A DNA stretch of 64,000 nucleotides. It comes from Octopus bimaculoides (Eukaryota). The position numbers and the translations under genes were made by a program. Position 1 is the first letter of the stretch. Every line of letters begins with the position of its first letter. The stretch covers positions 46,878,871 to 46,942,870 of the forward strand of contig NC_068994.1 of NCBI RefSeq assembly GCF_001194135.2. The letters are read 5' to 3'. This document shows positions 37,951 through 50,780 of this stretch, piece after piece. The notes below the pieces were generated by a model. That model saw only the letters and a program-made list of their open reading frames with translations, ran no database searches and had not been told where the DNA came from.

Positions 37951-38049
37951 GAATCTCTGATGTCCTTCAAATGTCTCGATGACAATGGCTATGTACGTGA
38001 TAAATGTGAGAAATATTTTACAAACTATCGCAACTGTCGAGAATTTTGG
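37951..38049 (+). CDS. CHCHD7: CHCHD7 coding exon 2 of 3 (twin CX9C core)
   Basis: ESLMSFKCLDDNGYVRDKCEKYFTNYRNCREFW vs human [33 protein letters not shown]. Boundaries ctacag| and |gtaagt. Confidence 0.93.
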
Positions 38050-38510
38050 GTAAGTTTCTGTTGGGTAATTTATGATCAGATAATTCTTTCCCAATGTCTG
38101 GTCAAAACATCTTGTTTGAAAGTTTCCATGCCAGTGGATAAGTTCTTCAACTTTAACCCAGGCACATTTAAAACAGGCACATCTCACCCAAATATTTTAC
38201 CTGTTTTAGGTTCAAACTGGACAGATCAAACCTCTCACACCTACCTTACAATGTTATTCTAAAGATAAACCTATCATCAAAATCTTGAGGCTATGAGATA
38301 ATGCATGATTAATTCAAAACAATGTTAATAAATATCACATTTGACAGAATAATGTGAATATTAAGGAGCTAAAGAGTAAGTGGGTTTTTTTTTACCCTAA
38401 TGATGGAATCTCTACATATTTGCTCAAACTGCTAGACATAGCAGATAAATCTCCCTAAAATGATAACTTGTCAGTGGCATGCTTAGAGTGTATGCTACAT
38501 GGGCCCCCAA

Positions 38511-38794
38511 GGCTTATACAGCAGACCCAAAACTAGTACGAGGTATATATTCTCAAAAGGCTTACGCAGCAGACCCAAAACTAGTATGAGGTGTATATTC
38601 TCAAAAGGCTTACGCAGCAGACCCAAAACTAGTATGAGGTGTATATTCTCAAAAGGCTTACGCAGCAGACCCAAAACTAGTATGAGGTGTATATTCTCAA
38701 AAGGCTTACGCAGCAGACCCAAAACTAGTACGAGGTGTATATTCTCAAAAGGCTTACGCAGGAGACCCAAAACTAGTATGAGGTGTATATTCTC
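38511..38794. repeat. 48-bp tandem repeat, about 6 copies, in CHCHD7 intron 2
   Basis: Unit ggcttacgcagcagacccaaaactagtatgaggtgtatattctcaaaa starting at 38511, 38559, 38607, 38655, 38703 and 38751. Confidence 0.92.
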
Positions 38795-39875
38795 GACTAA
38801 AACTCTTGAAGGTAGTGCCTTAGCATGGCCACAATCAAATGACTGGAACTGATACAAAATTGTATTAAAGAATATCAAAACCAGATACTTAAAATATTTT
38901 ATATGGTGTGCAAATTTACATTATTCTAAACATTAAATTATCAAATCTCTGCTCTTCCTTGACAGTGCCTACTCGACTTTATGAAGGACTTCAAACTGTC
39001 CTTCTCCTTTCTTAATGCCATCAAAACAATGGGACTTTGTAAACATATGAAACCTCCTCCTCTCTCAGTCATCTTTGAGAAAACTAGACATCGTTGTGCG
39101 AGATCCGTAGTTTGCTGTTGAAGGGAGGTAACTTTTGATTGAGTTATCTACATTTGGATGGGTGGGTCTCTTTTTTTATATTCTACTTACTCACCAAACT
39201 GTTACACTCAAACCAGAACGACACAACTACCATTCACTTGTTCACATTATGAGTGAATGAAAGGAGCCTCTGCATGGTCTCTTGATATGCCAGAAATAGA
39301 AGTCGAATCTCCCTCAAATTACTCTTCTTTATATAGATGCAGGCATGGCTGTGTTGTAAAATGCTTGCTTCACAATCACATGGTTCCCCGTTCAATCCCA
39401 CTGCATGAAACCTTGGGCAAATGTCTTCTACTATAGCCTCAGGCCCACCAAAGCCTTGTGAATAGATTTGGCAGATAGACAGAAACTGAAAGAAGGCCGT
39501 TGTGTGTGTATACATGTGTGTTTCTGTGTTTACGTCCCCATAAGACAGGTGAATGAACAACAAGCAAGGGTCTTAGTTTGATGGTTCCTTTATTGCCTGA
39601 CTGCAAATATCACCTATGCACATCTACTTTGCCTTTCATACTTCTGTGGTTAATTAATATTGATCTAATTGACTACACCTTAGCTGGTGATGCTCCAGCA
39701 TGGTTACAGTCTTATGATTGAAGCAAGTAAAAGAATATCATATATAAATATACAGCATATGGTTCATACTCATGCTAGCATTGTTTTCCCAAAAACTTCT
39801 CATATTCATGACCAATAATAAACCTTGCTTTCTCTTCCGCATTTTTTAACCTTATTTTTCTCTTCTTCACCACAG

Positions 39876-39980
39876 TCAGCCATTGTCAGGGAACGAAAAC
39901 GAGCTGGGATAACCCCTTATCTTCCTTCAATCGAAGATCGAGAGGAAGTCAGAAAGGCTAAATTTGGACCTGTACTGTAA
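39876..39980 (+). CDS. CHCHD7: CHCHD7 coding exon 3 of 3 (total 112 aa)
   Basis: SAIVRERKRAGITPYLPSIEDREEV vs human [25 protein letters not shown]. Acceptor ccacag, stop TAA at 39978-39980. Confidence 0.9.
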   Translation, partial: SAIVRERKRAGITPYLPSIEDREEVRKAKFGPVL

Positions 39981-41399
39981 GAGCTGATTCCATTCCTGAG
40001 ATCGGACTGTCATTTTGGACTTGTAATACCTCAGAATATTCATAGCAATGCAATCCAGCCTGAGATAGCCGTGACACAAAATCCTCTTTAGTATGTGTTT
40101 GTAACAGCATTTTATAGTGTCACCTAACAAAAAAAAAAATAGAACAGTGGAATAGTTTATTTTATTTTTTATTATATTTATTAATTTTTATTCCAGTTCA
40201 AATCACACCTAGAATGACTTTGTCTTTCATCTTTTCAGGATCAATAAAATTGATGTCTGTTATTACAATGGAATTGATTCAATGAACTGTATCACCAACT
40301 TGGCTAAAATATTGTTTTGCCTTAAATATTTACATCCATTCTTTTCATACTAACACTGATATGATGGCATTTTTGTTTGAATAATTATATTTTCGTAGTT
40401 GGATGGATGTCGTTCATCCCTTCCAAGTGTTAACCACTCGACTATCAGATCAGGGATGGAACTTATTTCTTGACCAACTAACCCTACTGTGGTGTGCAGT
40501 CGACAAAATCAAAAACAAACAATCAACTATCAAATAAGGGATGGAGCTTATTTCGTTACGCAGACAGACCAAACTGAAACCAGCCAAGTAAGATGGCTGT
40601 CTCAGGAACAACAAAAGAAATTGATATTGCTTAACAAAGGATCAATGCATGAAATTATTTTCTGTGGCGCCCCCGTCCTTTGATGCCCTAAGCACATGCT
40701 TATTTTGCTTAATGGGTTAATCCAGTGCTGATCATCATCCTTAGATTTGAGGTTTCTTTTCTTCCATACTGGCATCGATTGATTGGACATGTTTGCCTTA
40801 CATCATAATGCTATTCATCTTTGCTCTTTGTCACTTCATCTGTAATCCCTAACATTGCAAGATCAATCCTCATCACTTCTATCCATCTCTTCCTCAGTCT
40901 TACCCCATTCACAATGCACGGCAAGGTACCATCCATCAATCCTCACCTGTTCATAACCCATGCTGGAGTTTATACTCAAATACTTAACCTGCATAAATGG
41001 CAGCCAAATCTTCTTCAAACCATGGTCAAATCATGGTCAAATCATGCCTTAAAAAAATGTGAGAACACTTTGGACATAGGCACGGGCATGGCTGTGTGGG
41101 AAGAAGACTGTTTCCTAATCACATGGTTCCGGTTTCAATCCCACTGCATGGCACCTTGGGCAAGTGTCTTCTACTATAGCTTCGAACTGACCAAAGTTTT
41201 GTGGGTGGATTTGATAGAAGGAAACTGAAAGAAGCTTGTTGTGTGTGTCCTTGTTACCCACCACTGCTTGACAACCGTTGTTGGTGTGTTTTAAATCTCC
41301 ATAACTACTTAGCAGTTCAGCTAAAAGAGGCTGATAGAATTGGCAGGCTACAGGTGTATGGAGCAGGCAAGTGTTGAGTGTCACTTTCTTTCATTTGTC

Positions 41400-42600
41400 T
41401 AGGAGAGACAACTGCTGCTGTACTCTTTAAAAGACATCCAAATACAACCAAGGAAATGTTTTTTAATATGCCTCACCAAGAAAACAGAAAGCATTATCAA
41501 GTGTATGCACTGGAAAGTCTTCTTTGAGAATCCATCCACCAGCACACCCACAGACAAGTTTGACTTTAAATTCCAAACATGCCCTCCCTAGGTAAAGGTC
41601 ATTGAGAACTTTGAAAATGACTTAGCATGATAAAGAAGGTAAGATATGGGCATTGTTCTTAACTTTTTTAAACAATTACTTAGCAAAAATGAAACAATCC
41701 CCTAATGTACATCGTCACTGGCAGAACAAAAATCATATACAAGACAGACCCTTCCACACACACATACGACTTCTTATAAACACAATCACCAAAATGTATG
41801 AAAAACAAACACTTCTACATACATTGACATAAACACTGAAGTGAAAGAGCTGGCTACCCTTCTAAATATAAAGGATTGTGTGGATCACCTTACTATGTGT
41901 CCCTGCCCCCCATCATACTTAAGGATCATAAACACAACTTCCTCATCCTACACACAGATTGATTAAACACTCTAAGAGCAAAATAGGCATAGTAAGTTAG
42001 GGTATTCTCGATACTGTCAGCTTCAGTATTAGAAGGGTTACAGATTTGATCCAAAGAGCACTGCAATAATTGACTGGTTCCATGGCATCAAGAATAAAGC
42101 AGCCTGCATGTTCACCCTGTTTGATATTGTGAATTTCTATCCTTCAATATCGAAGTCTCTCCTCCTGAGGATTTTAGATCTTGGTAAGCAATTCACTAAT
42201 TTCAGTGTCCTCAATATCAGAATCTTTATCAATGTTAGAAAGTCAATCTTGATTCATGATGATTCTTGTCGCATGAAGAAGGGAGGTGATCCTCTGTTTG
42301 ACATATCCATGGAAAGCTATGAAGGAGCCTGAGATTGCTGATCTCATCAGGTTATTTATCCTAGATACCTTAAGGAAGTGCACACACTCCCATAGCATGG
42401 CCCTGTATAAGGATAATGACCTGACAATCACAAACCATATGAACAGCCACACCATGAACAACTTCAGGAAGGATCTGAAAAAGGTCTTCAAAAAATCTGG
42501 CCTGCTCATAACAGTCATCACCAATTTGACAATGGTTGACTTCTTTGACAATCTTGCAATTTTGAAATTAATGAAAATGTAAGTTACAAACAAGATAATG
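41400..42600 (+). mobile_element. Degraded Penelope-like retroelement (RT remnant)
   Basis: Frameshifted FTLFDIVNFYPSISKSLL...LFDISMESYEGAEIADLI...ALYKDNDL, matching Penelope-like RT motifs (FDIVDFYPSI; FDVTMGSYDGAEVCELV; GLYRDDGL). Upstream DFKFQTCPPxVKVIENFENDL. Confidence 0.7.
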
Positions 42601-42641
42601 TTTTGTAAGATCTTATCTATGTCAATGATAATATAGATTAC

Positions 42642-43031
42642 GTGTGTGTGTTGGCATTCCGTCACTTACGATGTCGAGGGTTCCAGTTGATCCAATCAAA
42701 GGAACAGCCAGCTCGTGAAATCAACGTGCAAGTGACTGAGCACTCCACAGACATGTGTACCCTTAACATAATTCTCGGGGATATTCAGCGTGACACAGTG
42801 TGACAAGGCTGACCCTTTGAATTACAGGCACAACAGAAACAGTAAGTAAGAGTGAGAGAAAGTTGTGGTGGAAGAGTACAGTAGGGTTCGCCACCATCCC
42901 CTGCCAGAGCCTCGTGGAGCTTTTAGGTGTTTTCGCTCAATAAACACTCACAACGCCCGGTCTGGGAATCAAAACCACAATCCTATGACCGTGAGTCCGT
43001 TGTCCTAACCACTAGGCCATTGCGCCTCCAC
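42642..43031 (-). mobile_element. Full-length tRNA-derived SINE, second family, with perfect TSD
   Basis: Head gtggaggcgcaatggcctagtggttagg; 10-bp TSD tatagattac at 42632-42641 and 43032-43041. Confidence 0.88.
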
Positions 43032-43879
43032 TATAGATTACAGAAAGGAGTTATAAATGTTGCATAACACTAAAAAACGCAGTGGTTGGAGTGGTGGGTG
43101 CTAGGAAGAGCATCCAGCTGTAGAAATCAAGTCAAATCAGACAGGAACCTGGTACAGCTTAACAATTTCTCAAACCGTCTGACCCATGTCAGCATGGAAA
43201 ATGGATGCTAAATGATGATGATGATGATGGTATACACATACACAATGGACAGGCTTTTACACAGTTACTATCAACCAGATTCATTCATAAGATATTGGTC
43301 ACTCAGAAGTGATAATAGAAGACACTTGCCCAAGGTTCTGTGCAGTGAAAGAACATGGTTGTGTAACAAATTTCTTTATCGCATCGCCGTGTCTGTGTCT
43401 GCTCTACAATCTTAAAAAAAAAAAAATCAAACGTCACATTGGATGTTACTATATTAGTTAACATATATCTGAAAAGAAAAGATGGAATGGGCATAAATGG
43501 AGTGTCTTTGATCATAGCTTTTTGTTCCATTCCAAGAGGGCTAAACAACGAAGAACCATAAAGAAGAGTTGAAAAAATGTTTAATGCCATGAGCAATGAA
43601 GAAATTCTTGATCTCAGGAATTATTGTTTAAAATTATCTAAAAATAAAGAATTTTCAAAAATTATCAAATAAAAATTTTCAAACATATATAAATAAAGAA
43701 GAAATTTTTTTTTTTTTAAATATGTGGGAGGACAAAAAAAAAAAAAAACTATTTCTGAGTTGCTTTTTTTGTACATTTGAAAAAAAATTTTTTTTTTAAA
43801 TTTTGGTTTCTGTAACTGAAGATAACAAGAGCAACAACGGAACCAATAGAAGCAATGAAACCAACCATCTATCATAGAC

Positions 43880-43929
<50 letters not shown>

Positions 43930-44099
43930 TATATCTGTGTGTGTGTGTATACATTTATATATATATGTACGTATGTATAATTATTATAAATTGTGTATAT
44001 TATGACATATATACATATTTATATGTTTATGTATATAATTATATATACTTATAAATTATACATGATGTATATATGTGTATGTGCATGTTTGTATGTATG

Positions 44100-44144
<45 letters not shown>

Positions 44145-45289
44145 GCAAGTATGTATATGCCACAAAAAAATTTTTAAAACTCAATGCACATTAAATATCA
44201 GAATCACTTTTGATATCTGGTAAAACAGTAATGTGTAAAAAAAACAAAAATTCCTTTTTGTTTGTTTGTTTTTTTGTTTTTTTTGTTTGGTTATTTTTTT
44301 TTTTTGCAGATTTTTAACGAGAATTATTCCACAGATATTTTCATTTTTCCCAATCAATCACAAAAATGGTAAATGGCTTATTTGTTTGTTCAAGTTGTTT
44401 TTATTTTTGTTTGTTTATTTCATTATGTTCGCCCACACACACACACACACACACACTTTTGGCAGCATGTCTTTTTTTATAATGCTTTTTTTTTTATTGC
44501 CATTTCTGTGCGTATGCGTGTGTGTGTGTGTGTGCGTAAAAAAAAAGTTTATTTTTTATATTCTACACACACAAAAATACAGTGTGTATACAGTAAGAGA
44601 GAGAGGAAGAAAGAACCACTGAGGGAATATATNNNNNNNNNNNNNNNNNNNNNNNNNNNNNNNNNNNNNNNNNNNNNNNNNNNNNNNNNNNNNNNNNNNN
44701 NNNNNNNNNNNNNNNNNNNNNNNNNNNNNNNNNNNNNNNNNNNNNNNNNNNNNNNNNNNNNNNNNNNNNNNNNNNNNNNNNNNNNNNNNNNNNNNNNNNN
44801 NNNNNNNNNNNNNNNNNNNCAATGGCCATCAATAAAAAGACAGTCTGATCTGCTTGAAAACTATATTTTACTTTATTTTACCATTTTCATAGTTCCAGGA
44901 TTTTTTTTTTCCTTTTTGCTTTATTTATTCATTTATTTTAATTTTTTTTTTTACATTTCCGGCAGCGACACAAAGAATAATGCTTTTTTTTTTTTTTAGA
45001 TTTTCTTTCAAATTTTATGCATTTTTTTAAAAACCAAATTGGTTTTTTTTTTTGCCCATTTTGTGTTTTTGTTTTTGTAGCTTTTGTAATTTCATTTTTA
45101 TTTTAATGTTTTTTTTCAAAATGTAAAGAAATAAAATGCAATATCATTGTATGGTTTGTACAGTAATGGTAAGTTGGTCTGATGTGGAATGGATTTAAAT
45201 GAAGCATTACTGGTTGTATTGCTTTAAGTGATAGCGGCAGTGGTGATGGTGGCGGCAGCAGAGGCGGTGCCGATGGTGGCAGTAATAGC

Positions 45290-45862
45290 GGCAGCAACGG
45301 TCATGTTGGTGGTAGTGGTGATGATTCTGTTCATGATGATGATGATGATGGTAAAGATGACATTAATGTTGATGACAATGATGATGATGATAATGTAAAG
45401 GAGGAGGAGGAGGATGATGATGGTGGTGGTGGTGATGATGATGAAGATGACATTAATGTTGATGACGATGATGATGATAATGTAAAGGAGGAGGATGATG
45501 ATGATGATGGTGGTGGTGGTGATAATGCAGAAGAGTTACTATAAGGTTACTTTCAGTCGTTATTACCAGCAACATAAATCACCACCACCACTACCACAAT
45601 AACAACAACCACAAAGATTCAACCACTATAACTCAACCTTACTACTACTACTACCATCACCACTGCTACTAAGACCACTCCTACCGCCACACAATGTCAG
45701 ACAACACCATCACCACTATCCTTACCACCACCACTACTACAACAGTTACTACTACTACTACCACCACCACCACTGCTACCAAGACCAATCCTACCGCCAC
45801 ACACTGTCATACAACACCATCACCACTATCCTTACCACCACCACTACCACTACTACAACAGT

Positions 45863-45895
<33 letters not shown>

Positions 45896-45910
45896 CACAA
45901 CCACCACCAT
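45290..45910. repeat. Low-complexity (GAT/GGT) and (ACC/ACT) tracts with local tandem duplications
   Basis: gatgacattaatgttgatgac...aatgtaaaggaggagg occurs twice, and cctaccgccacaca...caccactatccttaccacc occurs twice. Confidence 0.75.
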
Positions 45911-47726
45911 CATAGTCTACACCAGGACAAATCATAATCCTCACTTCTAAATGGTTGCTCAACTTGCCAGAGAGAATAGAAGAGAGCTCTTTTGAATCTT
46001 TTATAGACTTTGGTGGCACATTCAGAGCAATTTTCTTTGGCTGGCAGGATGGTATAGGGTGGAGCGGGGAGGGTATTCATTCATCTTACATCAGTCAATG
46101 GTTCTTTCTCATAGGATGAAAGGAAGATCACTTAGTAGTAGAAATAATTCTTTGAACTGAGCCGACTGAAGAAAAATGGAGAATCAGTCGTCGAGTCTTT
46201 GATGCTGTTGCATCCTCGTTTTTCGTTCCTGGTTTCTGTAAAGGGGTTGGCATCAGGAAGGGCATCCAGCCGGGAGCTTGAACTCATTGGAGTCCTCTTG
46301 AACCATCCGACCCATGCTAGCATGGAAGGTGGAAGGATGCTAAACAATGATGATGATGAGGAGGAGGAGGAGGATTGATGGTGACAATGGCAATGGTTAT
46401 GATGATGGCGGTGATGAAGAGGGAGTTAATTTAACCATCTTGGTCAGGGGTTGATGATGAGACAGACGATGACAATGGCAATGATGACGATGGTAGTGAT
46501 GGTAATGATGATGGTGATTATGCTGATGATTCTGATGATGAAGAAGATGGAGCCATTTTAGCCATGGTCATTGCTATTTGAATGCTGCAAAAGCCAAAGT
46601 CAATTATTTGGCTTTATAGTTGTGGTGGTAGTATAACTTTGAAGAGGTAGACTATCACTACAACTACTATGACCACAACAACAACACCAACTACCACTAC
46701 AACTGCTTCAGTAACTACCATAATTATAACATCATCATCATCATCGTTTAACATCTGTTTTCCATGCTGGTATGGATTGGACAATTTGACATGGAGCAGG
46801 CTAGCAGGGAGCCGTCCAGATTCCAGCTGTCTGTTGGGGCATGGTATCTATGGCTGGATGCCCTTCCCAACACCAACCACTTAACAGAGCCTGCTGGGTG
46901 CTTTTTATGAGCCATCAACACAGGTGTGTTTATGCAGTACCAGTACAGGTGCATCAACATGGCACCGGCACAGGTGCTTTTTAAGTGGCACCAGTACCTG
47001 AAAGGAGAAGCCTGTATGTGTGGAAGATGGCGATTTTACTTAGATTGACATGTCTTATCAAGTACAGCAAATCGTCCCATCTCCCAGTCTCTTGTCATTT
47101 CCCCACTGAGCCTCAGCATCCGCAGATCCTTTCTCAACACTTGGTCCTACATCTTGCCAGGTCTACCCCTTCCACATGACCCTCCACAATTAGAGCCTTC
47201 TTTATGCAGCTGTCCTCATCCATAACCACGACACTAATTACCACAACAACTACTGCAACCACGACCACTACAGCTAATACCACTACAGTTATAACATTAA
47301 TTACCCATACAACTATTACTACCACAGCAGCTACTGTGATCTATATTACTGTCATCAACACTAGCACCATCACCACTACACAGCACCATCATTAACACAG
47401 ACACTACCACCTACACGCATCCTTACACATCCACTACACTATGCTAATGCTAAAGAGCCACTTCCTTAGTATTATCACCACTTACTACTACCGCCACCAT
47501 GACCAACACAATTGTCACTACAACAACCTTCAATACTACCGCAACCACCACCATCACCACACCACCACCACCACCATCACCATCACCATTCTGGTGAAAG
47601 GATGGACAGTATCCACAACCATCTTGAAAGCCACTGAGATGGTAAGAAGTTATTCTAGATTGTAGACCAGACCTAGCCTGAATGCTTCCAACCAAGTGGA
47701 CTCTCCTAAAAGCAACAAATCCAGAT

Positions 47727-47970
47727 GTGGCGGCACGTGGCTTAGTGGTTAGAATGTTGGACTCACAATCGTAAGATTGTGGTTTCAATTCCTGGACCGA
47801 GTGATGCATTATGTTCTTGAGCAAAACACTTCATTTCACATTACTCCAGTCCACTCAGCTGGCATAAAATGAGTAATCCTGTGACAGATCGGCATCCCAT
47901 CCAGGTAAGAAATAACACACCATGGAAACCTGGAAACTGGCCTTTATGAGTCAGTATGACTTGAGAAGTT
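47727..47970 (+). mobile_element. tRNA-derived SINE, third head type
   Basis: tggcttagtggttagaatgttggactcacaatc head and gttcttgagcaaaacacttcatttcac...ccactcagctgg core; related copies near 17700, 22940, 25590 and 32600. Confidence 0.75.
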
Positions 47971-48221
47971 AGCTTTACCCATCCAATCCAGATGATGGAT
48001 CAAATCTATCACCCATTTACAGGTACCATATTTTCCAGCATACAATTCTAATTTTTCAGACCAAAGTTTACAGCCAAAAAAAACGTAGGTTGAGTTACAC
48101 ACCAAGACAACTTTGGAGGACCAAAAATTCCATGTGAAATGCAGCAGGATGTCAAAAGATAGTGATAATATTTGAATGTTTATGCTACATCAATTTGTAT
48201 GTTGAAAAATACACTACAATT

Positions 48222-48415
48222 CAGTGGTGCATGGTGGTTGTTGCATTGGGTGTGGTGGCACAACCAATGCCACCAAATTTCAAACAGGGGTATAACAAAA
48301 GTTTTCCATTAAGATTTGTGAATGAATTAACGATTAAGGTTAATATTTATAATGAATTAATCATATTCAATGGGTGTGCTGCACATACCTAGCACCCCAA
48401 GAATATACACCCCTG
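48222..48415. mobile_element. hAT-type MITE
   Basis: Ends cagtggtgcat / atacacccctg; degenerate 8-bp TSD ctacaatt / ctgcaatc. Confidence 0.5.
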
Positions 48416-50049
48416 CTGCAATCCATCCTTTAGTTGACCCAAGCCTATTGTTTTTACTCTCTTCACTTAATTTCTACTATAAGTACAAGGCCTGAAATTT
48501 TCGGGCTTGAGGCTAGTCAACTACGTCGACTCAAGTGCTCCACTGGTACTTATTTTACCAACCTTGAAAGTAATGAAAAGCGAATTCAACCTGAAGGGAA
48601 TTTGAACTTCAGAATATTAAAGCTGGACGAAATGCTACTAAGCATCTTGTACAGAGTGCTAACGATTCAACCAGCTTGCTGCCTTCCACGGGATTGATAT
48701 CAACTTGTATTCTTTTTTTCTCTGATATTAGGTATCACCAGTTTTTCTGGATCATTTAGCAGATTCTTAAGAGCTCTGTTATGTCTGTTTCATCACCCCC
48801 TGAAACAATTACACTTTTGTTTGAGACTCAGGTCAAAGGTGTCTCAAGCTTTTGTGAGCCACTCAATACAGAGCTGGTTGTTTTGTTTTTTTGCGTAATT
48901 CAAATAGCAATGTGAAAATCAGGAAGACCTAACAATTACGATTATTAACTACATCTCAACGTGGAGATAAGAAGTTAATACAATCAGAGAAAATCTCTGA
49001 CAATACCAACTAAGAACATTTTTCACTATACGTTCTCAACAAAACACGTTTACTTGAAAATAAATTTCAAGTTTTTTTAAAAATTTATTTAACTATGTTT
49101 CTTTTTTATATTCCCATTCATAAATAATGCACATTAAAGTACAAATCCAAAACCGAAGAAAATACAAAATGAGCGAAAGAAAAAGAAAAGGAGGAAGAAA
49201 GAACAAAACATTAATTCAACACTAAGTGCCTTGATCGGTCGCCCACCACAAGGTTCAACGAAATCTACTGAAGCAAGTTTTTTTTTTTAATCCCTGTACA
49301 CAAGAGTTATCTCCCTTACAACCAACCTAATCCCTGTTTTCTTGACTTCTCTCAACAATCTGCACATTCTCAACGTCTACATTATTATATCTTTGTTAGT
49401 TCCACTACTTCAACCTCGAATCTAACCCTTTAAACGTATATTTCCCTACCAGTTTGTCATTTTCCATATTTACCCCCCCCCCCCNNNNNNNNNNNNNNGA
49501 ACCCACTGCACAAACTGAATTAGAAGTTTTCGAAGCGGGGAAATATATTCTTTTCTACTCTAGACCAGACAGCGATGTTGAACCAGATAACAGAATAAAT
49601 CTACATCTTCAAGATCTCAGAATGTGAAAAACTGGAACAATTACAAGGTTTTCTTGATTGATGTTCTGGGAATTCTGATGATGATGAGGAAGAGGATGAT
49701 GATGATATATATCAATGTGTGTGTGCATGTATCTTCGTGTTTGTGTTTGTCCCTCACCACCACTTGACAACAGGTGTTGGTATGCTTACATCGCCATAAC
49801 TTAGCGGTTCACCAAAAGACACTGATAGAATAAGTACCAGGCTTAACAGAAAAAAATAAATACTGGAGTCAATTCATTTGACTTAAAGCAAATTGTTCAA
49901 GGCAGTGCCCCAGCATGGTCACAGTTTAATGACTGAAATGAAGAAAAGAAGAAAAGAACCTTGAAATCAGTGAAAATATAGCACGAGGAAGCTAGGTGAG
50001 ACATGAGATGTTGTGGCTATTAAGCCAGAAGAGAAACCAAGAGTAGAAG

Positions 50050-50560
50050 GTTTTATGATGCAATGCTCTGTGTCATTGAAACGGAGAGTTATGCAAATTA
50101 AAAGGAAATTGTACTAAACCAGACTGTCATTGGGGAGAAAATGTTGTGTATCAAACAACACTGGCTCACTTGTTCTCAGTGACATTAAGTAAAAAAGAAA
50201 AGGGCATGAAAGTGTCACTAGGAGGGGTTGTTAAATGAGGACTAAGGGATAATATGAGTGCAATAGTAAAAGCCTAATCCAAGTGGAATTGACAGAGGTC
50301 TCAACAATCAAGGTTATCTCAATACAGCTAGTAAGGCCATTAAGGGTATGTAGTCAGGAATAGTTGCTGTTAAGTTGAAGGTACCAGTCTAAGTAGGTCA
50401 TATGCTAGTTACTTGCAGGTAGTTAATCAAGTAGTACAGGAAAGCATTTTCCACAAAGACTGGAATAACATTATCATTGTATACTGCTATAAGGGCATAT
50501 TAAATGCATTGGAGAGGAATAATTACAGAGGCTTCAAACACTGTTGGTTTTTTTTAAGTT
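50050..50560 (+). mobile_element. Degraded RTE-type LINE RT fragment
   Basis: Remnant VNQVVQESIFHKDWNNIIIVYCYKG...ALERNNYRG, similar to the LINE RT motif DWxxxxIVxxYKGKGD...NYRGI. Confidence 0.55.
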
Positions 50561-50749
50561 TTGAAAGTGACTGAAAAGAGGCATAGTAAATGTATAGTGC
50601 AAGATTGTTATTGACTTTCATCAAAACAAAATTGTATCACACATATCGCATGCGCGCGCGCACATAGACACACACACACCGTATGTGTGTGTGTGAGTGA
50701 TGAAATTTATAATATATACAATATATATCATGATATATATAATATATAT

Positions 50750-50780
<31 letters not shown>

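Noticed and set aside
38495-38878. Repetitive ORFs on both strands and a CRISPR-like look
   Set aside because: A pure 48-bp tandem repeat with no unique spacers, in a eukaryotic intron. The ORFs arise only because the unit length is a multiple of 3.
752-39875. Possible U12-type or non-canonical introns
   Set aside because: All nine reconstructed introns are ordinary GT-AG with U2-type donors.
297-39980. Two mitochondrial-protein genes (mL64, COX23) flanking the transcription factor as a functional cluster
   Set aside because: GADD45GIP1 is not linked to PLAG genes in human as far as I recall; two genes are too few to claim clustering.
49499-49627. 42-codon open frame beside an N gap (EPTAQTELEVFEAGKYILFYSRPD...)
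   Set aside because: No recognisable family and no splice support; short enough to be chance.
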